64,000 bases of DNA from an uncultured Bacilli bacterium (GCA_934699525.1 CAKUWP010000004.1:42724-106723); one strand, 5' to 3'. Shown: positions 49,916 to 60,207, numbered from the stretch's first letter. Notes: a model not told the origin generated them from the letters alone. A program made the numbers and translations.

Positions 49916-50004
49916 CCACGCTGGAACAATCCGTACTCTAGTGTGTTCACTTTAATTCGTTTCAAAACCTTATTTGCAAACAAAGGATGAATAGATTCGA
50001 AAGA

Positions 50005-50390
50005 CCTCATTTGCAAACGAGGGATGAATAAATCCGATTATTTCTCGATTTTCCCGAATCTATCGCGGTATTTTATGCGGATTTGCTTCGAAAACCCTCT
50101 CTTCATGAACCGTTTCGCCTTGTTCATTTTGCTCCTTGGACCACTGTCAGCGACTAAAGCAAACCGATCAAATCTTGAGCGCCGAGCGACGTGGCCAAAA
50201 TGCGGGCGCACGATTTTCCCCCTCCTGTCGTAGGGAGTCATTTATCTCGACCAGATCGGCTTTTCCGCGGCGATATATTGTAAGACTGCTGCTTCAAATC
50301 TGCGGTGTCGCCACGGAGAGGCATTGATTGCGGATGCGACCACGTCAATTATAACGCCTCAGAAAATCATCCCTCGTTTGCAAATGAGGT
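50005..50390. mobile_element. MITE-like element with perfect 23-bp terminal inverted repeats CCTCATTTGCAAACGAGGGATGA
   Basis: Left TIR 50005..50027, right TIR 50368..50390 as an exact reverse complement. A second copy of the left end sits at 51014. Confidence 0.7.
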
Positions 50391-50486
50391 TTTAATTCTT
50401 TTAGATCTTTGCGCGAAGAATTTTATGGCATTCTCTCATTCGTTGACATAAAGCGCGCTTCACCCAAACGAGAAGAGGTAAAAGGA

Positions 50487-50918
50487 TTATTTTGAGTTAT
50501 CCGTAAAGAAATCTAAGGTCTTTTGGCACATTTCTCCACCGAAAAATTTCTCCAGTGCATTCTTATATTTATTGTTCGTCGTAGCCAAATATGCCATCGT
50601 AAGAGAGGACTGCAACTTTAAGGCGTCTACTACGCCGAATATTTCAAACGCAGTGAATGATTGGCTCATAATGGCTTCTACGCATTCATCATAACGATTG
50701 CGTAAAATGGGATTAGCCATGTATGCCTTTGCTTCTTCGGTGCTTTTTATGGCAAAAAACTCACTTGTTTCGCTTCTGCCAAGTCCTGAAGCTTGAGGAA
50801 AGACATACCACATCCAATGGGTTACCTTTCTCCCGTTTTTGAGTTCTTTTATAGCGTCCAGGTAGTTGGATTTCTGCGCATCCAAGAATCTTTTAAGATT
50901 GTATTTATCTTCGTTCAT
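50487..50918 (-). CDS. DUF1810 family protein
   Basis: GRKVTHWMWYVFPQ is the DUF1810 signature. The annotated ORF N-terminus (to 51122) runs into the repeat element, so the start is more likely the MNEDKY Met. Confidence 0.65.
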   Translation of the reverse strand: MNEDKYNLKRFLDAQKSNYLDAIKELKNGRKVTHWMWYVFPQASGLGRSETSEFFAIKSTEEAKAYMANPILRNRYDECVEAIMSQSFTAFEIFGVVDALKLQSSLTMAYLATTNNKYKNALEKFFGGEMCQKTLDFFTDNSK

Positions 50919-51013
50919 TTTGTCATTCCCTAATAACTTTATGCGTTTCCAATCGATGTGGTAAACATTTTCTACACTAACAAGTTTTCTATCAGAGACT
51001 ATCGTGATTAAAA

Positions 51014-51480
51014 CCTCATTTGCAAACGAGGGATGAATAAATCCGATTATTTCTCGATTTTCCCGAATCTGTCGTGGTATTTTATTCGGATTATCTTGGA
51101 AAACGCCATCTCCAGAAACCATTTCACCTTATCCATTTTGTCGTGGAGGTCGTATATCTCATCCAAAGGATTGTCTTCGTCCTTCATTCCGTGGGTTTCG
51201 GCGCTTGTGTGGATCTCGCTTTTGATGGCGAGCGCGTCGATGACGGCGTTGTGGCCCTTTTCACCGTCGTGGACCAACGTCGAGCATTCGGCGATTCGCT
51301 TTCCGTATGCCTTGAGCATGGCTTTGTCACCCGGCTTGTTTTTGCCGGTGACGACGTAGAAACTCCATTCGCCGTCGGTCCCGCACGCGACGTAGTATTG
51401 GCAGCCCCTGGTCAAGCCGCCTTTGGCGTGGGGGCGGAGGAAAAAGCAGGGGCTGGAAGACCGACGGTGAGACCGTGAAA
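51014..51480 (-). mobile_element. truncated second copy of the TIR element carrying a degenerate transposase remnant (possibly IS1595-like)
   Basis: A 31-bp match to the right TIR at 51006..51036. A GC-rich block (51150..51480) encodes YYVACGTDGEWSFYVV...ECSTLVHDGEKGH, weakly like the ISXO2 domain, with a frameshift. No right end was found. Confidence 0.35.
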
Positions 51481-51616
51481 AGGGTAATCGAGTTCTATTC
51501 TGGAAAATACGCCGAGTTCAACCTCGCGCGTTTCGACGAGAAGCCAAGCAAGGGTGTGAGGCGCGATTAACCTCGAAGTCTCACTTTTAGTTAGTGTCCA
51601 ATGCCTCGGCCGAATT

Positions 51617-52339
51617 TCAATAGAAGATCCTTTTGTAAGGGTACATCCAATGGTAGCTTGGATGGTAGCCTTCAAAGAAATCGATACCTGATTTTCTTAA
51701 TTCTTCGTTTACCATGAAATGGAGACCTTTTCTTCCAAAAGTGCAAAGATTAACAATGTGGCATTCTTTAGAAGAGTGAATAAGGGCGTTTAACCTGTTC
51801 GACAAATCGTCTTGGAACCCAGCACTCCAGAAATTAATCCAGTTTTCATCTCTCGCATTCACGTCAATTGGGCTTTGCCCCTGGCTTGCCTGGTATTGAA
51901 CAGCATTAACCAAAACCAATTTGTAGGAATTTTGATGCAAAGTATTGATAAAAAGCGGGGATTGTAAGAAAACATCATTCAAGTACTTCAAAATATTGTT
52001 ACCAGCGCCACCGCTATTAAAATCGTTAGCTGGGCCAATGGGATCCCCGTTTTGATCATACTCACAGCAGTGCGGACTTTCCAAAATTAACACGATGTAA
52101 CTGCCTGAAGGCACTTTCGAATAATCGACGCAATAACCAGGAGCATTGTTCGAAATCGATTGTCTCCCTCTAAAATTCACACTTTGAAATCGAAATTGTT
52201 GTCCGCAGCCTCCGATAACGTTCCCAACAATTTGATCAGGGCACAGCTGAGTGGAAAAATTAATGGCTCCTTGACCAGGTTTAGTTAAATTATTAGGTAT
52301 GTTGGCAGCTAAATTTACCGTAATGTTGAATCTTTGCAT
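51617..52339 (-). CDS. unknown-function protein (ILESPH-motif family), last gene of the toxin/ABC operon
   Basis: Probable start at MQRFNITV. Paralogous to 59429..60091 (shared IxILESPH...E(Y/F)...G.P.GPAN...QYQ.S). Confidence 0.55.
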   Translation of the reverse strand: MQRFNITVNLAANIPNNLTKPGQGAINFSTQLCPDQIVGNVIGGCGQQFRFQSVNFRGRQSISNNAPGYCVDYSKVPSGSYIVLILESPHCCEYDQNGDPIGPANDFNSGGAGNNILKYLNDVFLQSPLFINTLHQNSYKLVLVNAVQYQASQGQSPIDVNARDENWINFWSAGFQDDLSNRLNALIHSSKECHIVNLCTFGRKGLHFMVNEELRKSGIDFFEGYHPSYHWMYPYKRIFY

Positions 52340-52359
52340 ATTTTTACCTTCTTGAATGA

Positions 52360-53094
52360 TTAAAACCGATAAAAACCATTTTCGTCCACTGGCCCAAAAC
52401 AGTTGAAGCACTTATATTCGTCGACTATAGGCTCAATCTTTTTTTGTGCGATTTGATATTGTTTATTGATTCGCGGTAGGGCGTGGCAATGGGTGACAAT
52501 CAGAACGCCTGCTTTCGGGTTATTCTCGTGAATCGAATTAATCATATTCGAAATGGTCCTAACATTTTTTGCGTCAAGGTTATTCAAGGGTTCGTCAATT
52601 AAGAATAAATCGGAATTTTTTCGGCATAAAGTAGCAATAAGAGCCGCCATTTTCTTTTCCCCTCCGCTTAATTGGGGCCCGCGTTTTGAAAATAGTTTCT
52701 TATTTTTCAAATATGGAATTCCGAATTTATCGAACAAACTATTGATATAATCTTCGTCTCTTGTCCCGCAATGAAGTTCATAGGAATAACACGCTTCTTT
52801 GAAGGGCGTTTCCTCGCAAAAAGAATCTTCTTGAGGAACATAGCCAATTCGTTTTCTATAATTTTGAAGATCGAAATCACGAGAAGCAATTTCATTGCCT
52901 CGATATCGAATGTCCCCCTTGATGTTTAAACCGCTTCTTTCTCCAAAAATCGCCTTGAGCAAAGTCGATTTTCCCGAGCCGTTGTCGCCTGACAAAATCA
53001 CAGTTTGTCCTTCTTCAATCGAAAGATTAGCGTGATCCAAAATTACGTTTTCTCCAACGGAGATAGATAAGTCCACAACATCAATCAACGCCAT
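52360..53094 (-). CDS. ABC transporter ATP-binding protein
   Basis: Walker A GDNGSGKST, signature LSGGEKK, Walker B LFLIDEP. Confidence 0.85.
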   Translation of the reverse strand: MALIDVVDLSISVGENVILDHANLSIEEGQTVILSGDNGSGKSTLLKAIFGERSGLNIKGDIRYRGNEIASRDFDLQNYRKRIGYVPQEDSFCEETPFKEACYSYELHCGTRDEDYINSLFDKFGIPYLKNKKLFSKRGPQLSGGEKKMAALIATLCRKNSDLFLIDEPLNNLDAKNVRTISNMINSIHENNPKAGVLIVTHCHALPRINKQYQIAQKKIEPIVDEYKCFNCFGPVDENGFYRF

Positions 53095-53095
53095 G

Positions 53096-54049
53096 CTAAA
53101 TCCTCCTCATTTTTGCCATATAGATCAATTGCGATAGCAATATACCGAGCGCCGACAGCAAGCCAAGGCAAAGAACAGTTGCCAAGTAATGGGCACCACC
53201 CGAAATTGGAATCCACACCACATCAACAAGCAAGGTGAATATGACAAGCGAGAAAACAGGTGAGGTAATGACAAGAGTGTCTTTGCTAATCGTCTTGATG
53301 TTTTCTCCGTATTTCTTTCGGTTCTTTTCTACGCTTTGAAAATCCGAAAACAGCAATAAGAACAGAGATAAAGTCAATATTGAGAAGCCCAAAAAATACA
53401 GAATTGGCAGTCCAACTACAAAACCTAAAATACCATGTTTTGCCGACTCAATTGGATACACCTTAGTATTTATGGGTAGATTGATCTTCCCCTTTTCGGA
53501 GTCCTTTACAAAACTTAAATATTTCCGAGACGGCTGCGCCAATTGTTCGTCGTAGCCAATAACTAATAATCCTGAGGCGTTCGAATAATCAATATCGTCT
53601 AGCCCATAACATGAATCCGAAATCTCCTTAACTATAAGCGCTTTACTTTTAGAGAACACGGAAGCGGATAGATAGATATAATCGCCAACTTTAATTTTGT
53701 TTTTATCAGCAAGATTTTTGGAAACGGACGCCTCATTGGAAAGAAGTTTGGTATTCGTTTTTTGTAGCATTAGTTTTTCCGTTTTCACCATGCAATCGCA
53801 CGATTCAAATTCCCCGTGATTTTTGAGGTGAACGTTGCACAATCCTTCGACGTCGTAAAAAGAATTATCGTCAATCTTTTCGGACGTTTCATAAATATTT
53901 TGAACTTCGTTATAAAAATGGAATTGTTCCAATCTCATATTGGCCTGTCGGCATATGGCAACAGAACTAAAAACGCCAACAAAGAAAATTGCCAGCATCG
54001 AAAGTAAAATCCTTTTATCCGAATATGTTCTCTTAAAAATTTCTTTCAT
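53096..54049 (-). CDS. FtsX-like ABC transporter permease
   Basis: N-terminal TM segment, extracytoplasmic domain and a C-terminal TM cluster. Start taken at MKEIFK. Confidence 0.55.
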   Translation of the reverse strand: MKEIFKRTYSDKRILLSMLAIFFVGVFSSVAICRQANMRLEQFHFYNEVQNIYETSEKIDDNSFYDVEGLCNVHLKNHGEFESCDCMVKTEKLMLQKTNTKLLSNEASVSKNLADKNKIKVGDYIYLSASVFSKSKALIVKEISDSCYGLDDIDYSNASGLLVIGYDEQLAQPSRKYLSFVKDSEKGKINLPINTKVYPIESAKHGILGFVVGLPILYFLGFSILTLSLFLLLFSDFQSVEKNRKKYGENIKTISKDTLVITSPVFSLVIFTLLVDVVWIPISGGAHYLATVLCLGLLSALGILLSQLIYMAKMRRI

Positions 54050-54057
54050 GACTTCTT

Positions 54058-55221
54058 CTACCGTTTTTTGCCAAAAAAGGAATTGGCTTTTTTCAGGGAA
54101 AGAAGAATGTTGACACCGAAACACAGCAAAACTACCGCAGCCTCAATTGTAACCAAGGCTGCAAAAGGAAATGTCCTTATGTACGACGAGGAACAAAGCC
54201 TGTTTGCAACTATTATCCCTGAGGAAACCGCCAAACTTAGTCCAAAAGAAACAACGTGTGGAACAGCGTAGTATTTGACAATGAACTTTTTATCCTCGCC
54301 ATTTTTAACAAATTGTTTCACCTTGGCCGATTCATTTTTCCGCGCGTCCATTATTAACGTAGCGACAATGGAAAAAAGGAAGGGAATCACATATCCGATG
54401 ATGGCCATGGTATAACCATTTTTACGCAGACTATCCGATTTCAAATAATGATCGGCTGAATCTAAATGAGCCGTGACGATTTCGCTGGAATAGTCTGTAT
54501 TGTTAAAACCAGCAAGATAAATGTTGTAGGCTTCATCGCTATCAAATTCACTCCGTTCTCTCAAAAGGCCCATGGGCTTGTAATTTGCGTACAAGTAATT
54601 TTTGCATTCCTCCTTGTTTGGAGAGGATAAATAAGCTCCGCTATAAGGCAGGGCCTTTGTCCTATTTTTCATAACGGCATTCTCTACCGTCTTGTTATAT
54701 TGGACGGCAATGGCACCACCGTCAAAAAGCGTATTTTCTTCAAAAATACCAGCGATAACGAATTTCAATGTTTGCCCATTAAGAGCCAGCGTCGCTTCAT
54801 CGCCGAGTTTGCACTTCGTCTGCGCAAAAAAGGCATAGTCAACATACACGGAATGCTCGTCAAACGCGCTAGAATCGATGCATCGCTTTTCGTTATAAGG
54901 CGACAACCCCATGTTGGAAAATGTATCGAAAAAGAGAATGTTGTTGGTTTGTTCTTTCTCGTTACAAGTCGCATTAGCCTTCGTGTAATAATATGGAAGA
55001 ATGCTTGAAACAAACGGCTCATTTTTAAAATTTTCAACCTGCTCCTTTGAGGGGCTAGGAATCATAAAATCAATCTGAGTATTTTCGTAAACGCTTGTTT
55101 CATTGTAGGCATCGCGAAAATTCGAAATCCCCACGCACAACAAAGAAGAAGACAATGAACTTAGCAAAATAGAGACTATAGATAGTGGCAATACCCTGTG
55201 CTTAAATAACCCCATTTTCAT
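54058..55221 (-). CDS. FtsX-like ABC transporter permease
   Basis: 387 aa with the same architecture. Confidence 0.6.
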   Translation of the reverse strand: MKMGLFKHRVLPLSIVSILLSSLSSSLLCVGISNFRDAYNETSVYENTQIDFMIPSPSKEQVENFKNEPFVSSILPYYYTKANATCNEKEQTNNILFFDTFSNMGLSPYNEKRCIDSSAFDEHSVYVDYAFFAQTKCKLGDEATLALNGQTLKFVIAGIFEENTLFDGGAIAVQYNKTVENAVMKNRTKALPYSGAYLSSPNKEECKNYLYANYKPMGLLRERSEFDSDEAYNIYLAGFNNTDYSSEIVTAHLDSADHYLKSDSLRKNGYTMAIIGYVIPFLFSIVATLIMDARKNESAKVKQFVKNGEDKKFIVKYYAVPHVVSFGLSLAVSSGIIVANRLCSSSYIRTFPFAALVTIEAAVVLLCFGVNILLSLKKANSFFGKKR

Positions 55222-55224
55222 TCA

Positions 55225-55776
55225 CTACTCTCCAGAAGGCGTAACAAATGAGATGGTGCTTTCGAAATTAAAACTGCTCTTGATGGGTGCATCAAACATA
55301 AACGTCACTTTGATTGTTCCAACATCGTTGGGCAAATACTGGAAAACACAACCAAATTCGGGCTTATCCGAAATATCTTTGTAAGCGACTGCAGTCATTT
55401 TATACGTCGTGACATTATGAATTTCATCATGTTCAGGCAAAACCGGTTGTCCATCAAATTTCGTCGCCTGCACGCTGGTAATTTTTGGAATGGAAACCAT
55501 CAAGCCTATTTCCTTTCCGTTTCCCTTCATGTTGCTGGAGCGGATGGCCAATTTGTATTTCATGAAGCACGGTTCGCCGACATTAAATTCTTTTCGATTT
55601 TGTGCATACGCCCAATCCGCATCCACGCCAGCGCTATAAAGAACGCTAAGCGATGGATAATACTCCGGTTCGGCCAGATACTCTTTAGAAAGTTTGACCC
55701 CAAAATATGCAGTTGTGGCAATCAACGCCAATCCAGCTGCGCATCCGGCAATGATGCCGATTGTTTTACCGCCCAT
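55225..55776 (-). CDS. membrane-anchored protein, unknown function
   Basis: 183 aa with one N-terminal TM segment. Confidence 0.5.
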   Translation of the reverse strand: MGGKTIGIIAGCAAGLALIATTAYFGVKLSKEYLAEPEYYPSLSVLYSAGVDADWAYAQNRKEFNVGEPCFMKYKLAIRSSNMKGNGKEIGLMVSIPKITSVQATKFDGQPVLPEHDEIHNVTTYKMTAVAYKDISDKPEFGCVFQYLPNDVGTIKVTFMFDAPIKSSFNFESTISFVTPSGE

Positions 55777-55793
55777 AATGATTAACCCCTTTT

Positions 55794-56435
55794 CTATTCG
55801 ATGTATGTTTTATTTCTGATCATAGCAGGCTTTCGAATATCAAAATCTATTTTATACCCATTCGAGTCGTATTTGCCATTTAATTTTCGAATGCAACAAT
55901 GGAGCATTTCCTCAATGGAGTCCCATCGTTTAACTACTTCTATTTCGTTGTTTGTCACAATTGCCGAAAAACAGTTTTCTTTTGATGCTTTCGCGTCTAA
56001 GAGAAGCAAGGCGTTTGTACTCGAATTCTTTGAATAATATCCAAAAGTAATCCAATTTGGCATCACGTGCTTCGGCAACAAAGTGTTGTTTTTTCCAATG
56101 GAATTCGGCTCACTAAGGTAGCGATAATCCACTTTGTCCGTTACCCCGTATAAAATTAAAGAATTACTAAACAATTGCATTCCATTATGCATTTTTAAAA
56201 TGGCGAATAGTTCATCAATGGCCTTTGACGATGATACTCCCGCCTTGTTTAACAATAGACTTTTGGCGTTTAACAACTCTTGGGGATCGGCTTTATGAAA
56301 TAAGGTAAACAGCCAAAATTGTTCACCGAGTCTTGCCAAGTGTTTATAAAAGCATGTGCCTTTACCCAATTCGTCCGTTTTGAAATCCCCTTTATCAACG
56401 ATTGAGGACAAGCCCAATTCTTTTTCCAAATCCAT
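55794..56435 (-). CDS. SMI1/KNR4 (SUKH-1) family immunity protein
   Basis: 213 aa. ELFAILKMHNGMQLFSNSLILYG and NWITFG...LLLLD resemble SUKH-1 motifs. It sits directly downstream of the toxin gene. Confidence 0.55.
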   Translation of the reverse strand: MDLEKELGLSSIVDKGDFKTDELGKGTCFYKHLARLGEQFWLFTLFHKADPQELLNAKSLLLNKAGVSSSKAIDELFAILKMHNGMQLFSNSLILYGVTDKVDYRYLSEPNSIGKNNTLLPKHVMPNWITFGYYSKNSSTNALLLLDAKASKENCFSAIVTNNEIEVVKRWDSIEEMLHCCIRKLNGKYDSNGYKIDFDIRKPAMIRNKTYIE

Positions 56436-56438
56436 CTA

Positions 56439-58067
56439 TCACAAACCTCCAAATATTGACGTGAAAACTTCGGTTAGGTTTTTCAATTCTCCCGATGTTG
56501 GGCGACTCCATTTTCCACCGTGCGCAGCCAAATGACCGGCGAAAGAATAAAACTGAATATTGTCTGGATTATTCGCAATCCAAGGGAAATTTGCGACATT
56601 ATTAATATGATGACCTTGGAACCCATCCGGAAATTTGCCATATTGTTGCACGTAAACGATAACATCGTCTGTGAAAGAAGGCCCGTAATCGTAAGGAATG
56701 TCATTTTGAATCATCCGAATAATCATTTCCTTGTTTGTTTTCACCCCTTGGTTAGCAAGGTTTGCGACAACTTTGTTCCATCCCGTTTGAATGTTTAACG
56801 CATCGTCCAGCATTCCAGCAATCTTATTGGAGGCATCCATTAAATAATAATTCGTGCCATCAAACACCACGCTTATATTTTTCCCGTCATTCAATACATA
56901 AGACCCAAACGTTTGGGCGCCGCCAATTAGCGTCGGCGGGTCGGTCGACGGGACAAACGTGTTGGTAATATTGCCATAACAATCTAATTTCAGTCCGCTA
57001 TTAATCGCCCTCATATAATTTGCCGTCGATTTTCCATTCGCGTCGATGCTGCATAACAACATACCCCTGTATTCATTTACGCCGATAACATCGCCGACCT
57101 CGTTTAATTCTCCAACCAGTTTTCCGCCTTTATACACCTTATTGCCTTGAACTGTAAAATCTCCGCCAGAATAGCGACCTTGGGGCGCTCGGATGGTCGA
57201 TAAATTCGATGGGTACGACTCAACAATATGCGTGGAAAGGCCGTTTTCTCCAAACATGTATGTGACCTTCCCGTGTGAGTCGACGACATAAGTATTGCCG
57301 TTCGTTCCGATTTTAGCCTTGCCCAGCAATTTGCCCTTGGAATCATAAAAATTTCCGGACGCGTCCGTTTTGCCCAACAGTTGAGTGCCATCAGCACTGA
57401 AATAGTTGTTTGGATCGCTTACGACTTTGGCGCCTTTGACTAAACCCGTTACCGTGCCAGAGATGGCCCCCCACATGAAACCATCCGCAAGACCTTCCAC
57501 AAAATACTTTTTGGCAGCCTGCGAGTTAAATTCGCCCGCCTGAATAGATTTAACTGCAACGTTGATGATTCCGCCAATTGTGCCACCAATCAGCGCTTGT
57601 TTAACCCCTTCCGTGAATGCAGTGGCAAAAATATATGCCACAGGCGTATTAAGCGTTGCAATTGTCGCAATTCCCGTAAAAACAATCACGGCTGCTCCGA
57701 TATCGAATCTAGTCAACACTCCTTCCCAATCAATGTCATAGTTTTCGAATCCTTCAGGAAGCGTAGCGTAAAAACTTTCCGAAAAATCTTCGGTGAGAAC
57801 TTCTTCGCTTACGAAAAATTCGTGTTCGACCAAATCGTCGATCGTTTTCTCCGCACCCACCATTTGCTCTTCGAGATTGTCATAAAACAAAACTTCATCC
57901 TCGAATTTTTCAAAATAGAAGTGTTCATATTCATATACTTCGGACTCGACAGCATCCGGGTCATATAAATTAATGCTTTTTGGTTTTTCCGACGAACACG
58001 CCGAAACGCTTATAGCTATAAACGGCAACAAAATACGTTGAAACAAGCGTTTAAAATTATTTTTCAT
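56439..58067 (-). CDS. lipoprotein polymorphic toxin with a C-terminal GHH-signature HNH/EndoVII nuclease domain
   Basis: 542 aa with a lipobox ISVSACSS. The C-terminus reads GFQGHHINNVANFPW...HLAAHGGKW. Confidence 0.55.
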   Translation of the reverse strand: MKNNFKRLFQRILLPFIAISVSACSSEKPKSINLYDPDAVESEVYEYEHFYFEKFEDEVLFYDNLEEQMVGAEKTIDDLVEHEFFVSEEVLTEDFSESFYATLPEGFENYDIDWEGVLTRFDIGAAVIVFTGIATIATLNTPVAYIFATAFTEGVKQALIGGTIGGIINVAVKSIQAGEFNSQAAKKYFVEGLADGFMWGAISGTVTGLVKGAKVVSDPNNYFSADGTQLLGKTDASGNFYDSKGKLLGKAKIGTNGNTYVVDSHGKVTYMFGENGLSTHIVESYPSNLSTIRAPQGRYSGGDFTVQGNKVYKGGKLVGELNEVGDVIGVNEYRGMLLCSIDANGKSTANYMRAINSGLKLDCYGNITNTFVPSTDPPTLIGGAQTFGSYVLNDGKNISVVFDGTNYYLMDASNKIAGMLDDALNIQTGWNKVVANLANQGVKTNKEMIIRMIQNDIPYDYGPSFTDDVIVYVQQYGKFPDGFQGHHINNVANFPWIANNPDNIQFYSFAGHLAAHGGKWSRPTSGELKNLTEVFTSIFGGL

Positions 58068-59041
58068 TTTTGATACTTCTCGACAAGTTTCTTCCCTTGC
58101 TCCGCTAAATCATCTTTCAGCCATTGCGGTTCTAGCACCGTTGCATTCTCGCCAAAGCCAAGAATAAACACCCGTATGCTCTCCTTATTTTGCATATCAA
58201 CGGAGACCTTGGTGCTTTTATCGTCTATGGGTTCCACCACTTGATTCTTGCCATAGGTTCTTTCTTTGACAAGACTTGCATAATTGCCGTGGGCAATGAA
58301 TTCGACATGGAACCATTCCCCATTCTTTTTGAATCCATATTCGTCTACAAAATCATTCTTGTTATAAAGGGAATAAACGCAGAACTTTTGGTCAGTCATT
58401 TCAATGTTTTGGATACGATTTAATTTGTACGGGAATATACCACTATGATCACCGGAATGTAGCCACCCGATGACGAACCATGCATTGTTATACATGATTA
58501 AATCGTAAGGGTCGAATATTCTTTCTTTCGTAACGTTCTTCTGGGTCAAATACGTGAACTTGACCGTCTTTTTGCGGCAGATGGCCGCCTTTAGCATGTC
58601 ATAGCGGAATTGAATTTCTTCTTGGGACATCGCAAGAGGGAACCGGTTAATCACGGAGGCATCTTCTTCCTGTTTGATTTCATTCATAACCAAAGTGGAG
58701 AACACTTTTCCCATTGCTAGTTGGAAGTCCTTCTTCCGCATGAAATCGTTTCTCGAGGATAAATATCGATCCGCTTCTATTAACGCCTCTTTTTCGGATT
58801 CGCTAAACCGTAACGGTGGGATAACGGCGTTGCCGTTTAACCGGTAACCGCCATATCGGCCAGAGGTTGCTTCCACCAAAAAGTCGCAATTGCTTTCATA
58901 GGCCACTTCGTCCAGCTCTTTTTTGTATTCAAGGATGTTTCTTTCCTTAGTCCCCAAAAGATCTGCTAATTCAGATTTACTATAAATTCGCCCCGTGCTC
59001 AGAACCTGAAGCATCCGGATGCACATTGCTGCTTTCCCCAT
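58064..59041 (-). CDS. HTH-WYL domain transcriptional regulator (BrxR/CapW-like architecture)
   Basis: 325 aa with an N-terminal HTH and a WYL motif DPYDLIMYNNAWFVIGW. It overlaps the toxin gene by 4 bp. Confidence 0.7.
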   Translation of the reverse strand: MGKAAMCIRMLQVLSTGRIYSKSELADLLGTKERNILEYKKELDEVAYESNCDFLVEATSGRYGGYRLNGNAVIPPLRFSESEKEALIEADRYLSSRNDFMRKKDFQLAMGKVFSTLVMNEIKQEEDASVINRFPLAMSQEEIQFRYDMLKAAICRKKTVKFTYLTQKNVTKERIFDPYDLIMYNNAWFVIGWLHSGDHSGIFPYKLNRIQNIEMTDQKFCVYSLYNKNDFVDEYGFKKNGEWFHVEFIAHGNYASLVKERTYGKNQVVEPIDDKSTKVSVDMQNKESIRVFILGFGENATVLEPQWLKDDLAEQGKKLVEKYQK

Positions 59042-59428
59042 GATTATTGCCTCATATAATGTTATATTAAAAGCGTATTAATGGCACGAGCCTTTCAAGC
59101 GGCAAAGCCTCTTGACATCGATATTGAAATCTTGCTTAAAACGCAAATAGTATCGGAGATGGGTGTATGACATTAAGAGAAGTAAAACAACGATGCTTGA
59201 AAATTTACAGCGACCCCCTCTTGTCTCCCAAAGACAAGCAAATGGAATTAATCGGTTTCCTTTTGGAACCAGAACGCAACTTCAAACGTCGTAGCATCAA
59301 TAAGTTGCTTAATAGCCTTGTTGCTTCAGGCATACCAGTGGACGATCTCGCCGGCATTCAATTAATTGCCGAGACAAAACACTAACGCAGGATTTCCGCA
59401 ATTGCTCTTTTTGTTCCCCCGCATATGA

Positions 59429-60091
59429 TTATCGCCACGCACTTGGATGAGGGTGTAAATCATTTGAATTGATAACTAATTCCACGAGCGACCGCAAACT
59501 GCCTTTGGCATTCCCTCCCGTTACACAATTCATCATAACGGATGGGTGGATTAGATTAATTCTTTTTTTCAAATCTTGTTGAAGGCCGAGTTCACCATGG
59601 TTCCAAAGCGCTTTAAAGACATAATTTCGAATGGTGTGCCAGTTCGTGTGATAATCGTGGTAATTATGTAAGGCTTGATAACATGACGTTTGATACTGAA
59701 TCGAGTTAATCAAGTATACCTTATATATTCTTGCTTTATTCATTTTCTTTGGCTGGCGTTTGCTCATTTCCTTAACTAATAAAAGATTTATTTTGTATCC
59801 CGTAATTCCATTTGCGGGTCTAAGCGGTATGCCCGTTGAAGAGAATTCATCTTTATGCGGTGATTCCAAAATTATAGCCATGTTTTCAGTCTTTTTAGGC
59901 ACGATTTGGGATAAGCCATAAAATACCCATTGGCCATTAACGCATTTCAGAAAGCCTCTCGGCTCATCCATCACTTTATCGTTGCCGGAAAAACTCACAG
60001 TGGCATTTTGAATTCCTGATTTAGATTTGAAAATATTTGTTTTTGAAGAAAACGTAATCTGAATATTTTGATTATCGATATGTATATTCAT
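59429..60091 (-). CDS. unknown-function protein (ILESPH-motif family), paralog of 51617..52339
   Basis: 220 aa, adjacent to the restriction-modification genes. Confidence 0.55.
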   Translation of the reverse strand: MNIHIDNQNIQITFSSKTNIFKSKSGIQNATVSFSGNDKVMDEPRGFLKCVNGQWVFYGLSQIVPKKTENMAIILESPHKDEFSSTGIPLRPANGITGYKINLLLVKEMSKRQPKKMNKARIYKVYLINSIQYQTSCYQALHNYHDYHTNWHTIRNYVFKALWNHGELGLQQDLKKRINLIHPSVMMNCVTGGNAKGSLRSLVELVINSNDLHPHPSAWR

Positions 60092-60207
60092 TTATTTTTT
60101 CCTGAAAAAATAGTGGAGACCCCCGAACTTTTTAGCCATCACACAAAAATGTGTTAATCCTCCCTCTTCACCGCCAATTATGCTTTCGCAATCGAGAACA
60201 TGGGAGG

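Noticed and set aside
50024-51359. Two plus-strand ORFs beginning MNKSDYFSIFPNLS, which look like a conserved small protein family.
   Set aside because: The shared sequence is the repeated MITE/IS end itself (50005 and 51014). The ORFs diverge immediately outside the repeat.
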